A stretch of 64,000 nucleotides of DNA, taken from positions 17,908,752 through 17,972,751 of the forward strand of contig OZ316898.1 of the NCBI GenBank assembly GCA_973895155.1, read 5' to 3'. Shown here one piece after another: positions 12,393-25,737 of this stretch (position 1 is the stretch's first letter; each line of letters starts with the position of its first letter). This stretch comes from Marsupella aquatica. Lineage: Eukaryota > Plantae > Marchantiophyta. The notes beneath the pieces are model-generated. The model ran no database searches. It was not told the DNA's origin and saw nothing but the letters and a program-made list of their open reading frames with translations. Both the position numbers and the translations under genes were made by a program.

Positions 12393-13734
12393 TCTACCTA
12401 GTCTCTATGAACAATTGGGTAAGATCGAGTTGTGGCCTTTTTGTCTATTAGTGCAGAGAAGGTGCAGGAGAAACCGTCTTCTCAGGTGAGTGCCGTCTTT
12501 GTTGTGAGGAGACCTGATGGCCAAGCACGGCAGCCACAAAACAGATTCATGTCATCCTCTTCTGGAAGCCTGCCATGAGCTGAGGTCAGCTTGCCAACTA
12601 GTCCTAGTCAGCCGGCAGCAGGAGAGAAGAGACCTCAAGATAATTCCTAGAACAATCTTCGTCTGTTGGGCTGCTGCTGGATCATTGCCGTTGGGTCTAT
12701 CCTGAAGTGGACCTCAAAAATCTTTGCAAGCAGAGCATGGGAATGAGATTTGTGATTTCTCGCAGCTGACAGTTTCTCTTTCCCAGGAAGGGGTGTAACA
12801 TTTCATCATGTCAAGTGTGGTTGAATGTGGGATAGCTCGTTTGGTTGGAGTTCCTTGATGTTTGCACTAGTAGTAAACTATGTTAGTAGTCAGATGAACG
12901 GGCTGCATGTATGGATCAAGGAAGTCTGTGTGCCTTTTCTTCCATTTAAGGACCTGCTTTAAGCAGTGTCTTTGTGGTCTTGATGTACTCAGTCCAGTAA
13001 AGAAATTTAGGAGAGAGGGGCGCTCACGTTGAGGGCCACTGCTATGGATTATCTCTTTGCATGCTGCGCAGAGTTTGCTACTATTGTACAAAGTGAACGA
13101 CCAACGAGTCCATGCGAGGTCCTCTCCTGAAGTTCCAAAGAAGAAATCGCAGCTGTTTGGGTGACCAATTTCAGACTAGAGAAGCCATCTCTTCCCTCGG
13201 TTACGTGAATCCTTTGACAGCTGTTTGAGTGAAGAATTCTCAGCAGCTGGGTTACTAACTTCACTGCAGAGGACGCCATCAATTCTCTTGGCCTGTTGTG
13301 CAAATCACGAATCAAGTCACAGCGTTTGGCGACTAAATTCACAGCAGAGGACGCCATCTTTCCCCTTGACCTAGTGTGCAAATCATGGCAGCTTAGGGAA
13401 CAGAGTTGGAATAAGGGGGCTGTTTGGAGGACCGATTTTAAAAACGAGGGTCTCATTCTCGTCTTGGCACAGTGAACAATCCATTACAGCTTGGGTGGCA
13501 AGAGGATTTGTTTGGGTGATTGAATTCAGATGAAAGGATGCCGTGCAAATTGCCCACATTCGCCACGGGGACGAATGGCCTTTGTTTCGGTTGTGTAGGG
13601 CACCGAATTGGATAGAGCCCGGGAAGGGTCCGGTTTGAAGAATTGTAGACTCTACTTTTCGACGAGATTCAGGGCTACTGGAGTTTGTTGCAGTCAGCGA
13701 CTTTGATAAAGAAGGATGATCTAATTTCGCAGAC

Positions 13735-16700
13735 ATGGATACATTTGGGAATCCAGAGAGGTCAGGGGACTCAAGTCCCGCTTCGGACTTCAGTTTTGAT
13801 ACCCAAACTACGAATGGGGGAGACTCGGCTGGCGGTGGAGCGAGCACTGGAGCGGCAGAAGGGTTGAACCAAACGTCGGTCGAAATGCAAGGCAATGTCA
13901 CTGGTGCGGTTCCACCTCCTGAAGTCACTAGTCCTGGTGGAGTTGGACAACCACAGTCTTTACCCGAGCAGGGTATCAATCTGACCAATCCCGTGGAGGC
14001 CAAGAGTTATCATAGGCGTTCAAAATCTGCTAGCTTTTCTGGGCACCCTTCTCGAGAGCCTTTGGAATCTGAGAGTAAGGAAGGGCCGACGAAAGTTGAT
14101 GGTTTGCCTAAGAAGAGGAGCTCAGGGAACTACCTTCGTCGTAGGTCATCCGGGTCAGGGTCAGATTCTTTGGATGATGTGCTCGGAAGTCATCATCTCC
14201 TCAAAAATGTCAAAGGGAGATCATCTCCTGTCACCTCTTCTCAGCAGGAGGTACCAGTGGAAGAGGATGTTTCTCTGAAGAGAGTTCCCAGCTACAGTAA
14301 TAGTAGTGTTTCGGACTTAAGACGTCATAGAGATTTATCTTCAGTGTTTGAGCCTGAGCGGAGGCGGGTCACCATCTTGAGTATGGATGGAGGTGGAATG
14401 AGAGGTCTCATTGCTGCACGGTGCCTCGCCCACCTCGAATCTTTACTTCAGGTTTGTGTTTTCTCATTATTTTGTCCTTTCTCTAATCCCAGGTTTGGGT
14501 GTTTTGCAAAATTTCATGACCCCCTGTTACATAAATATACTCTCAATAAAATCATCGCCGTTTTCGGCATAGAGGTTGAATTTGTGAGATTCACTTATCT
14601 TTGACTCCTGTCTAGACTTTAGTTCTTGGAAACTTAAGTCCCACGGCTCAAACGAAATCTTGTAGTCCCATGCTCACAACAAACTGCTTCTTACGTTGCA
14701 GTCCAAAACAGGCGGGGAAGTGAAACTATGCGATTACTTTGATTTCTTGGCCGGGACGAGCACCGGAGCTATCCTAGCGATGATGATCTCTACCCCAGAT
14801 GCAAAGGGGAATCCCCTGTTTAGTGGACAGGGTTGCTGCCAGTTCTATGCACGTAATGGAAAAAACATATTTCGACCTCGGTGGTTTGACCCATGGCGAG
14901 GAGCATTGAGGCAACTGTACAGACCAAAATATTCCCCGAAAAGATTTGAGAAGCTGTTGAAGACCTACCTTGTAAGAGATGGCAAGGCTCTCACTATGAA
15001 GGACACTCTAAGACCATTCTTGGTGACCTCCTTTGACATATCTCGAGCAACGCCTCATATTTTCGTCAGGCAAGCTGCCATGAAGGATGAGAGTAGAAAC
15101 TTTCGGTGAGTTCAACAATCATTCTCTGTAGTAATTATCAGCAAGGCGAATGGATTTTAATGCATTTATATAAGGCAGTGGGGATCTTTTGCTCAGCAAT
15201 TCAAACTAACATTCATGCTATCAAAAGACCATTTAAAGATTCTGCAACCTTATTTATCTATTTCCTCCTAAACCTAAGATGGAAATGTATTTGAAAAAGT
15301 CTTTGGGAGGTTTGCCGCGGAACAGCCTCTGCACCAACGTACTTTAGACCTGCAGAGGTGGTATCCATGGATGGGACAAACAAAGTAACGCTCATTGATG
15401 GAGGTGCCATCCAAAACAATCCAGTGAGTATAGCCCTCTGAAGATTCTTAGTTTTGGAGTTTCCTTCTTGCTTTGGTCGGCGGCTCTATTTAAGTAGAGA
15501 TCAGTATTCTTGTCGTATATTTGATCGTTTATTCTGCTTACGGTACAATGCCTTTTAGTATCCAGGCTAAAAGTTAGTGATATTATACTGTGCCATCACT
15601 GTGTTCTGTGTTGTGTTACTACAAGTATCTTCTGTTTGTTTTTCAAATATCCTGATTATGCCCTGTTTATCAGGCACTGGTGGCGATGACACATGTTCTT
15701 GGAAACAATGAGGAATTTCCAGAAGCTGTGGGACTGCAGGACGTACTGGTAATTTTTCTGACCAGTGCAAGCAAATGAAAAGCACATGCCCCTTTCATGT
15801 ATTTAGGCAGATTGCACTAGAGCTGGCACAATGCTGCTGCAGCCCTGCGCAGTTCAGAAACAACTTTTTAGCTTAAATTCGTCAAAGATATGCGGCAGCG
15901 CCCAACAAATAAACTATTCATCTCATTAGTGCTTATAATTGAGGGAGCGTACGATTGTCGATCGAGAAAGTCAGAAGCAGAGATTCGTAACTGGGGCCAC
16001 TCACTTCCCTTGACCGTGAAGAATTTTCCGTCAAGCTACGTACATGGATGAATTCAACTGCAAGGGCGGCATGACGGTTGTTGAGGCTTCGATATGGGGA
16101 TATTCTCCTCTAACACAATTTCTCTTGGCCGGGATGGTTGTACCAGATTCTATCGCTCGGTGCTGGGCAGCTAGATGAAAAGTTTGACCTGCTACAAGCA
16201 AAGAAGTGGGGGATGGCGGGTTGGGTGCGGCCGTTAACATACATAATGATGGACGGATCGTCAGACACGATCGACTATCAGCTGGCTGCCGGTTTTGCTG
16301 GGCACAATTGCTCTGAGAATTACTTACGGATTCAGGTTTGTCCTAATCTTGGTTTTTGAACAAGTGAGTTCGAGCAGTTCGTGTGTTACTCTCCCGATCG
16401 TTTTTACAAACATTTACAGACCTTTGTTAATCTTGGTTTCCCCTTATATCCAAACTCCTCAGTCATTGTCATGAGAGGCTTTAGTATCAGATCTTACCCT
16501 TTTGGACTGCAAGACGTGATTTGATTCGCGACAGACTATGCCGTCAAGAGCATGAGTCGCTTAGGCAACATGTCATTTCAGTGCAAACCTAGATTCGATT
16601 ATGTTATTGTTTGTTGTCCTGTCAAGCTTAGACTTGAGGGATTTGACTATTCATCCTACCTTCAATCCCCCTTAAAATATGATATATGCCAATTTTGTTC

Positions 16701-17197
16701 CAGATACCATTGCAACAATTATCACAATAGTCTTGGCCATGTGATTCTCAGACAAGTTAGTGCAGAGGAAATTGAACTTACAGTAACACCTGTTCCTACT
16801 TGGTTGGTTGGTGCTACAGCTGTCAGGTTTACCGAAGAAGACGTCCCTCATGGATTGTTCCACGAAGGAGAATATTCAAGATCTAATTCAACTCACCGAT
16901 GACCTGCTTCAAGAAAAAGCTGTCATGCGGAACGAATATGGAGAGAAGGTCACTCATGCAGAAACATATGCTGAGCGCCTATCATGGTTTGCAGATCAAC
17001 TCATACACCAGAAAAAACTTCGGGATCAAGTTTCCTCCTCGACTGGTTCTCCCAAAGTACAAAACCATTCGGAATTAGGCATAGGCCCGACCAGCCAGGT
17101 GCTTTCTCCAATGTTTTCACACTTATTCATGCACCAACAACTGCATCACAATGGGTTGAGTAAACCATTGGAAACAGCCAAGTCTGTTCGATTTTGA
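13735..17197 (+). CDS. Patatin-like phospholipase A (pPLAIII-like) with long Ser-rich N-terminus
   Basis: Exons 13735-14451, 14702-15105, 15300-15423, 15674-15748, 16147-16335, 16820-17197, all GT-AG and in phase. Motifs: ILSMDGGGMRG, DYFDFLAGTSTG, RGTASAPTYF, LIDGGAIQNNP, ILSLGAG, NYLRIQ. Confidence 0.92.
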
Positions 17198-20100
17198 AAT
17201 ACTTCGAACGCAAATCGGTGGCAACGGGGTTTAGTGACTTCAAGTGAAGGCAAGTTTTAGTTGAAAATGTAGAGAAGAGTTAGTACTCATGTCATTTGCA
17301 CTGGGCAGATGTTGGAGGGGCCTATAATTTCTCTCATTGATTGCGATAGATGTGGTCGTAGACCAGCAGAGCCTAGGTCCGAATATTCAAAAGATGCATT
17401 CAGATCTTCCTCCGAAATGGCGTTCAACAGAGTTTGAGGACCATCTTGACTTTACCATTGATTGCAATAGGTAAATGGTAGACCAGAGGTATATTTCATT
17501 GCCAAAATTATTACAATCTCTCGGAATTTTTGTGCTGGAAAATAGTACTGAATGATTTCAAATGCCATGTTGTCCAGAACAATTTTACCGAAACGTTTCC
17601 CCCTGATGCTGTCGTTCATCGTCATTACGATCTGCCTTAAATACGTTTGGTATGAATTTCGATGTGTTCAGTGAAAGCTGCATACGGCATTTAGGAATGC
17701 TGCAAAGCAACTAGACAGCCCCTTGTCTTGTGGACGGGTCAGATTTCCTCCAAGTCGTACCCATAATGGTGATTATTCTTGCGTTGATGCTTTAATGTGG
17801 CAGCAGTCTCATGTTGACATTACCCTAGACTGATACACACAATCTACAGTCCTCTGCTCAGAGTCCAAGTTCTTGTTTCTCATTAAATTGCAAGGAATTT
17901 CAATGCAGATAGGAGTCATTCTCATAATCTGCATTCTCTGTCTCTGAAAGGCCATTAACACTGCGGTCATAGATGATAGCCTCATCATCTATGACCGCCT
18001 TTAATCATCTAGCTCTATTCCATTTTCGAATCTCTTCTAGAGAAGGAGTACTTTGATGCCCTTTGAGATGATACCTTTGATTGAACCCATTTCTTGGGTC
18101 TCACTTGGCATGCTTTTGAACTGGAAATAATCGGGTGGGGGTAGTTAGCACTCACTTCAAATCTTTGTAAGGTCCGATTATATATATACTCCTCAGTTGT
18201 GCAAAGATATGTATTAAAACTACTAACTAGAACACTTATCGTGGGTTGAATATGATCGTGGTTCGAAGGTGGGTTTTGGTGAATCGAGGACCAGCCCTGT
18301 ACAAATTATGTGGGTGCGTAACAAACTTGGACTTCATGGTGGAAATTAATGTGGATACATGAGGAAATCATGTTTCTTAATCAACAAAAGTAACGAGAGG
18401 ACATGCATATTGTCGAACTTTGCTAAATGGATCCTCTGTCAAACTAGAGTCAATTATGAAACCGATCTCGTAATCAAAGAAAATAATTGGACCCGCAGCA
18501 AGTGTACCAGTAGTATTTTCCAGGTAGTCCCGACTGGCGATAACGTTTCTTTGAAATTCTAACCTCTGGTCAGTTTCCCTCACTGAAAGATTTCGCATGC
18601 AATCAGTACAGTTTTTTACAACCTGTACAATCAGTAAGTCAAGATTGACCACCCGATTGCATGCTCATGGAATCTGCAGGGATTGATCGACTCACTAGGA
18701 CGAACAGGGAAACAATGGGTATCTTATTTAAAAACACCCTTCAAGTCTTATGTGTACAAGAAATCATGACCAAGTGGGGGGGCCAAGCTGCAATTAAATC
18801 CTTCCCAATAAAACTGGACGCGATAGGAGGGGGCTGTACTCTGATAGGAGAGCAAACACAACTGACAGATTTAGTCACTCTGGGCAAATCAGTTTCATCT
18901 GAAGCGGCCAACTAAGGAAGTGGTAGAGAATTAACATGTCAACAGGTCCTGTTCAGATAGGATCTCCTTGGGCGTCTCACAATCATAGCGAACGTGCTTT
19001 TGACGATGGCTAGTACCCTTAAAGATGGCTACTATCCTACATGCAAGAAGGTCATTCTTTGATTTGCAGTGAGACTAGAATAGGATGCAGGCGGCCAGTC
19101 CAACTTCATTGATGGTGGGGAATAGATATTGGGTGTAATAAACACATTCCTCTAACCAGACAAAGTTATCAATTAGAAATCTTTCACCCTGACTTTTCTG
19201 AACTCGCTTGCACCATCTCCAATACTCACGAACACTACAATACAGGACCCCGCCCTCTTGTAGGTTTTGTCTGCGCACAAAAGTAAGAAGAGGTGGATCA
19301 AATATGGGTCAGCCATTGAAATCACTTTTTTAGTCACCATTGGATGAAACCAAAATCATCGGAGTGTCTCTCCTTACTCTCCCCTGTCGATACTCTTACT
19401 AAGAAATCGCAATGCAAAGCTACTTTTGAGGGTTACTGTGTAGAGTGACTACTCTAGACCTTAACTGACAAAACATAAAAGTTAAGTAGACAAAAAACAG
19501 AGGTTTAAAAACACCTGAAAAATAGTGCTATATAATCATTTTTATTGTATGATTCTTTATTGTTTTGGTCTCTAATTTATGTTCAATAACTTAGGGGGAA
19601 ATGATCAAATTAGGGGTGAGGGTAAAAAATGGGAAATGGGGGTGGAGTAGTGCCAGGAGTAGTTCATCACATTTCAAACAAGGGCCTCTTGTGAAGAGAG
19701 ATGGTGGAGTAGGGGCTCCATGTAAAGAGAGTGGATGGATTAGGCAGACCTCTTGTGAAGAGGTCAGTTGTGTCATTGAGGGTAGAGGGCTATGTGTTTG
19801 GTTTTCAAGGGTAGACACTTTTTTACCCTCACATCTATTCACAATCAACAAACGTGTAATCAGGCTAGTTACACACCAAAATCAGAATGTGATAATATAT
19901 ACTCCGCACTCCCCCTCACTCTCTTGTCTGGCATGCGACCATCTCCTAGCATGCCATGGTATACCTGACACATGTTGTACATATGTGTGCAAGAAAGGAC
20001 AATCATATCAAAAGCAGCTATAATTATGAGGTTGTACTTTTTGCCCTCCCATATAGCGTACAAGAGTGCACTTAGTATATTCCCAAGTATATGGCACGAG

Positions 20101-20929
20101 GGCAAGGGTAGAGAAAAGCTCAGGAGGAGGGGGCGGGGATAAAGTTAAAAGACAGGAAAAAAGTGAAAAAGCTGAGGAAATGGAGAAAAGTAGGGGGAAA
20201 CTAGGAGAAGGGGAAAAAATAGGGGGATAATTTCTGATTTTTGTGCCACCCCAAAATCAAATAAATATATATTCAGAAGAAGAAAAATTAAACATTTAAA
20301 AAAAATTGCTCCCTTTTGTCACGTCACCCAGATTTGACTCCATAATATGATGGCCTCTGTCACCCATCTAGTATCCCCATGCTCTCATCTTTGTCCTACC
20401 CACCAACAACATTTTTACAATAGGCACCAAAATGATAACATTTCCTCAACAACAACCCCCTTTCCAAAATGATGAGAATTATGCACTTACTAACGATGAC
20501 AAATACTCCTATGATTTTTCACTGTGGCCGCTTACAAAATTTGAGGTTTGTTATCTCAAGAAAAGACTTGGAAGGAAACAAGGAGGGGGATGTGAGTATT
20601 GAGGGGAAAAGGAAAGGGGGAGGCACATGGATGGGAATAGAGGGAAGGAGAAGCTTAATACTTCCGCAGTGTCCCAACATGCTTATGGATGGGAAAGGGG
20701 GAGGGGAGGAGGCACAAGGATCAAGGAGGACACAAATATTACTCTATCCTTGGCCCTCTCACCTCCCACATGAATATGGTAATTCTCTATTGAATTTAAT
20801 AAAGAACTCATCATGTGTCTTCTCTTCACTTCTCAATATTACTACTTTATTTCACTTTGTACATTAATCTATTTTTCAAAAACCATTATTTACTAAAATA
20901 TATCTTTTATGCAATGAATCCCTAAATGC

Positions 20930-21290
20930 AACAACTTCTTTTACTGACATCTTTCCTCCACGACATGGTTTACATAACAACATCAGTTTTGCAATAACAT
21001 ATTTTATGCAATGTCATCTTAGTTTGTGAAATGACATATTTTACGCAATGACATATTTTCTCGTGTCCTTTGCATAACTATATCTTTCATGTAATAACAA
21101 TTTTTGTGCAATGCATGGGAATGAGCTTGCCTATATTTCTTTGTGTCGCCTAGATATCTTTTCCTCACCTTGATATTTTTTTCTCACTTCAACATCTTTG
21201 CCTCTCTTCATCTTACCCCATCCTTAAACATTTTTTTCTCACCTTCACATCTTTTGGGCAACACGTAGGCATTGGGCTACTTGCTCATAT
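20930..21290 (-). mobile_element. Dispersed repeat family X, inverted partial copy
   Basis: ACATCTTT repeats and GTGCAATGCA..CTATATTTCTT match the reverse complement of ~7300-7700. Confidence 0.55.
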
Positions 21291-21760
21291 AAGGAAACTG
21301 AAGCTCAGTTGGCCCTCTAAAGTTGTGTTATCAATGCAAGAAAAACTTGGATTGGTAATCCACAGTTTGAGAGGGCTTTTGCTAATAAAGTGACCGTATT
21401 CTTTTTGCTTTGTCATTTACTGTAAGTTTGCACTCATTGCCCTTTCATTGTTTAGTATTTGTTTTTTAATAGAAATCATTGTTTCCACCTTTTCAATATA
21501 AAAAGTCATTTAGTGAGGGTTTCCAATCATCGCCCTTTCATTTGTTTACTGTTCACTCTTTATTGAAATAAAGTGTTTGTATTCTTTGGACCTCTGTTAC
21601 TTTCCTTTCATTGTACTTTGTTATTCCTCATTTATAAAATTTGGTGAAAGTTTACTTCTAACTTACTAAATTTTCTTTTTGTTGAAATGGTATATTTCTA
21701 CAAGCTGATTTTTAAAAGTTTTCATTCTAAGTCCATTAAAGCTTTAAAAACATCAGCTTA

Positions 21761-22620
21761 ATGACAAAACCCCCTTATTTTGGTGGTGAAACCATTTTTG
21801 TTCACGACGCTGTGAGAGATGCGACTGCTCAGGTTCTCTCTGGCTCTTTGGTCTGCGCGCGGCGGGAGGTGGTGCTCGAGTTACCTGGTCCTCCATCACA
21901 GCGGTTATGGGTGGATCTTACCATGGTCCGTGACGGTCACCGTACTTTGGCAGATGTAGTGGTGACAAACCCATTGCACCAAGACATCATTGGGACAGCG
22001 GCAACAACGGCAGGGGCAGCAGCATCACGAGCAGCAACAACGAAGGAGGCCAAATATGCTGCACGAGCTTCATCTGATAGCTTCTTGCCCCTTGCTCTTG
22101 AGATATTTGGGCGTCTCCATCATCAGTTCGACGGGCTTCTTCGCCAAGCTGCTCGGGATGTTCACGGCCGGATGGGTCCCACCGGGCCCCCGCTATCTGT
22201 TTTGACCACGCACTTTCGCCAATGCATTTCAGTCACCTTACAGCGTGCTCAAGCTCGGGCCGTCTATCGTCGATCTTTGACAGTGGGTGCTAGTGTGACT
22301 CCGCAGCGGCTAGCCCCCCTAGAGGACATTCCTGTCCCACTTGTCGATCTAGTTTCGACACTTGATGTAGACCACTAGCTTGTTGCCACATTTGCTAGGT
22401 ATGATGAGGACCTCGGTCCATTTGCGGTAGTTTTAGTTACTCTTTCTTGGTTTTTAGGGGTTTCTTTTTGCTCACTTCTTTTAGTTCCTCTTTCTTGGTT
22501 TTTAGGGTTTCCTTTTGCTCACTTCTTTTGCGTTTGGTTTTGTCCACTTGGGACCTCTCTTGTTTATTCTTTTGTACTCTATTTGGCCTTTTTCTATATA
22601 AAATATGTGTATATTTTTTC
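21761..22620 (+). mobile_element. 5'-truncated non-LTR retrotransposon of the RLE (CRE-like) type; ORF 21761-22378 encodes the restriction-like endonuclease domain
   Basis: 205-aa ORF with GGE..HDAVRD, VD...LADVVV, KEAKY, FLPLALEIFG and FRQCISVTLQRAQA, the C-terminal layout of CRE-clade elements. Sharp AT-to-GC shift at ~21780, then a T-rich tail with a ~47-bp tandem duplication. Confidence 0.8.
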
Positions 22621-23964
22621 TTATTTCAGTCAACTTTTCATGGCATTTCTTGGGCCACGTTAAACTATAGTGCCTTCTGCTGTAAAATATGCCATGCATT
22701 CGGCGCAGAAATCACTACGAATAGTGCCATTGACGTCAGGCAATTATTCTAGGATGACCAAAAAAAGAATCATGTTTTAGATAGTCCCCGAGTGAGGGAG
22801 AGAAACTGAAATAAGGGGTTTTGTTTCCCTCCATGGGGTCCATCAAGTATTTCGTTGTCCCTTTGGTAGTGGCTCGGGGCCTCGGGGCCTCGGGTAATGG
22901 CAGCGGTGGTGTAAACGTTTAATTAAATTAAACCAACCACTACTGCGCGGTGAGTCGTGCTGGGCCCCCCTCCTCCAGGGACGGTCCGCCCTTCGCTGGC
23001 CTTTCTGGCGGCCGCAGGGTCCTTGGGTGGTCCTTAAACAGTCGTCGTCGTACATTGAAGGACTCAAGGACTGGTGCACAAAATCTGATTGTGGGCATTA
23101 AAGTATCAGATCTTGCAGCATGGCCGACGCATCGAGTGCCCGTCTCTTCGCGTTCACCATCCTGCATTCCTGACACTGTCAATGAGCCGAGCCGATTTCG
23201 CTCTCGGCGATCAGCGACGGAGCGAGAACGGTTCTTCTGTGCAAGGTTGGAGAATCGAATTGTTGCCGCTCGACCTTCATTTCGTCCACTGAGGTTGGTC
23301 CCTGTGATGCATTCTGGTAGAGGAGGCAGTGTGTGAGAGGGAAGTGTCCAGAGAGGGGTGGAATCAGTTTTCAGCGGAGGTCATTAGGGATTTGTTTCTG
23401 TTGCATTGGAGTTTAGGTTGACGAAGATTTTGATGAATTAATACGTGTGGACCGGTGTTACATATTGCTCACTCGTCAACTCTTTCTAATCAGGACTTTA
23501 CTCGGAAGTAATGTGGTTTTGCATTCTGTGAGGAAAAATACGTGAAAGGGATGAATGAATCCATGAATATGATTTTTAAAAAGGCCCATGGACCAAGCCC
23601 TCAACGCACAAGGGTTATCCACAGTTCATGAGTGTTAGACAGACTAGCTACATAGCAAGAGGATCGAACTCCCTAATCTGAATTAGGATGTGCTGACGAT
23701 TTGAATCTTTATCTAGTCGTGAAATACTGTCGGAAGCTGATTGCTGTGAATCTCTGATTAGGGGGAGAGATTTTGAACCAGGCTTATGGAGAGGATCTGA
23801 AATACGGTATCGGGTTGTTAGTCTGGATGATTCAGAATTTGCTTATGAAGACTGGAGTTTGGGTGAGAACACAGTTTAGTGAATGGATTCTTATTGATTG
23901 AGAGGACCACTTTCGTTTCGAAGTGCAGAAGGAGCATTGAAAGAGTGGGAGTGCGGTCGAAGAG

Positions 23965-25737
23965 ATGTTAGATTACGGGAGCGTCGGGGAAGCAGAGGCT
24001 TCCCTGGGGCGCAACCTGACGACGCTGGAGCTCAAATGGTTCCAATATACGGCCAATGTTGACGACTACAAGCTTTATTGCTTTAACATTGTGTTCCTGT
24101 TCATCATCTTCAACTTGGCTCCCATGCCTTCGGTGCTTTTAGACTTCTTGAGGGTGAAAGTGTTCGAGAAGTACAGGCTTCAACCGGGCGTGCATAACAG
24201 TAGAGAGTCAATCTTACAATGTTACAAGAGGGTGACGGTGTTGTTCTTCACCGTCGTGGGGCCACTCCAGCTCTCCTCTTATCCTGCCGTTAAGGTGCTC
24301 TCTTCCTCCTCTGAGATTTGGACCGGTCAAAAGTTACTATGAAATTTGTGATATTAAATTTGTTTCGAGTAGCAGAGAGAGAATTTTTCTCGTGAGGGAG
24401 TAAAAAGATGTCTTTTCTCTAGCTAGGTTTGGTGATGCAGTGCAGATGGTGGGTGTACATTGCGGCCTACCTCTTTCCAGCGCGCAAGAAATTCTACTGC
24501 AGTTGGGAGTCTATTTCCTTGTTGAAGACTATTGTAACTATTGGCTTCACAGATGGCTGCACTCAGAGTGGGCCTACAATAACATACACCATGTTCATCA
24601 TGAATTCACAGCGCCAATGGGCTTTTCTGCTCCATACGTGCATGTGGCTGAGATGGTTGTGTTAGGAATTCCTACCTTTGTGGGCCCGGCTCTCGTGCCT
24701 GGACACATGATAACTTTCTGGCTGTGGATAGGACTGAGGCAACTCGAAGCCATTGAGACACACAGTGGGTATGTCACAACTTATTTTTGTCAGTTTTCTC
24801 TTTGAAGGTCACTCGAGGTATTGTTTGTGATGCTTACAAATTCTCTGTTCTGATCAGCTCTATTGCCCTTTCGTTTTCCTGATGGAATATGTTTGATTGT
24901 TCCATTTGTAGGTATGATTTTCCTTGGAGCCCAACAAGGCTCATTCCCTTCTATGGAGGTCCTGAGTATCACGATTACCATCACTTGGTTGGTGGTTCAA
25001 GCCAAAGCAATTTTGCCTCCGTTTTCACATATTGTGACTGGCTCTATGGCACAGATAAGGTGAGGTTCGGCGGACTGGAATGATGAATTTTGCTAAATGG
25101 AAAATGTGGCACAGGAAGACTGATAAGTGGGCAGCAACATCTCTCTAGATCCGATAGTTAGAAGATTATAGTATAGACTATCTTTGCCGCGTTTGTAATG
25201 CCTTGTATTTCTCTTTTGTTGCGTTTGTTTCCACTTTTCAAGACGCGGCGGAAGCCTGCAGTAGACTCATATTACATGTTCTTCAAACTTATATGGCATT
25301 TAGGGGATCCTAAGACACAATTAATGCTCAAGGCTTATGAGCTAAAAAATCTATGTGAAGGCTTGTTCTGCTGAGATAAAGTCTTGAAAAGTATTGGCGG
25401 TTCATATTCACGCTGTTTTGTACTTTCAGGGGTTTCGCTACCAAAGGAGTCTCCTCCAGAAGGTGAATTTTCCTCAATCTACAACACTACAATCTTAACT
25501 TGTCCGAATTCTCCTCGTTTCCCGAGTATTTGCTTCAGAAGTTTTCTGGGAAACTTCCTACTTCCTATAGGACAGTCTTGTCAAGTGTTAATTGTATTTA
25601 TGGTTCCTACCAATTTAACTGTCTTGGATAACGTCCTGCAGTCTCGTACAGCTAGAGCGGTGAAGGACGAGAATGATTGGACAATATTGAACTTGCCCAA
25701 CGAGAAGCAGCTGAGGGCCAAAGCCAAGATAACATAA
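23965..25737 (+). CDS. SMO1: Sterol 4-alpha-methyl oxidase 1 (methylsterol monooxygenase 1)
   Basis: Exons 23965-24294, 24446-24768, 24912-25059, 25430-25462, 25642-25737. His boxes HRWLH, HHVHH and HDYHH. The N-terminus LGRNLTTLELKWF and RQLEAIETHSGYDFPWSP are typical of plant SMO1. Confidence 0.95.

Noticed and set aside
13049-14003. 206-aa and 135-aa minus-strand ORFs
   Set aside because: Antisense shadows of patatin exon 1 and its upstream repeats, with no recognisable motifs.
22843-23336. Overlapping ORFs upstream of SMO1
   Set aside because: GC-rich promoter/5'UTR sequence is poor in stop codons, and the translations show no protein features.
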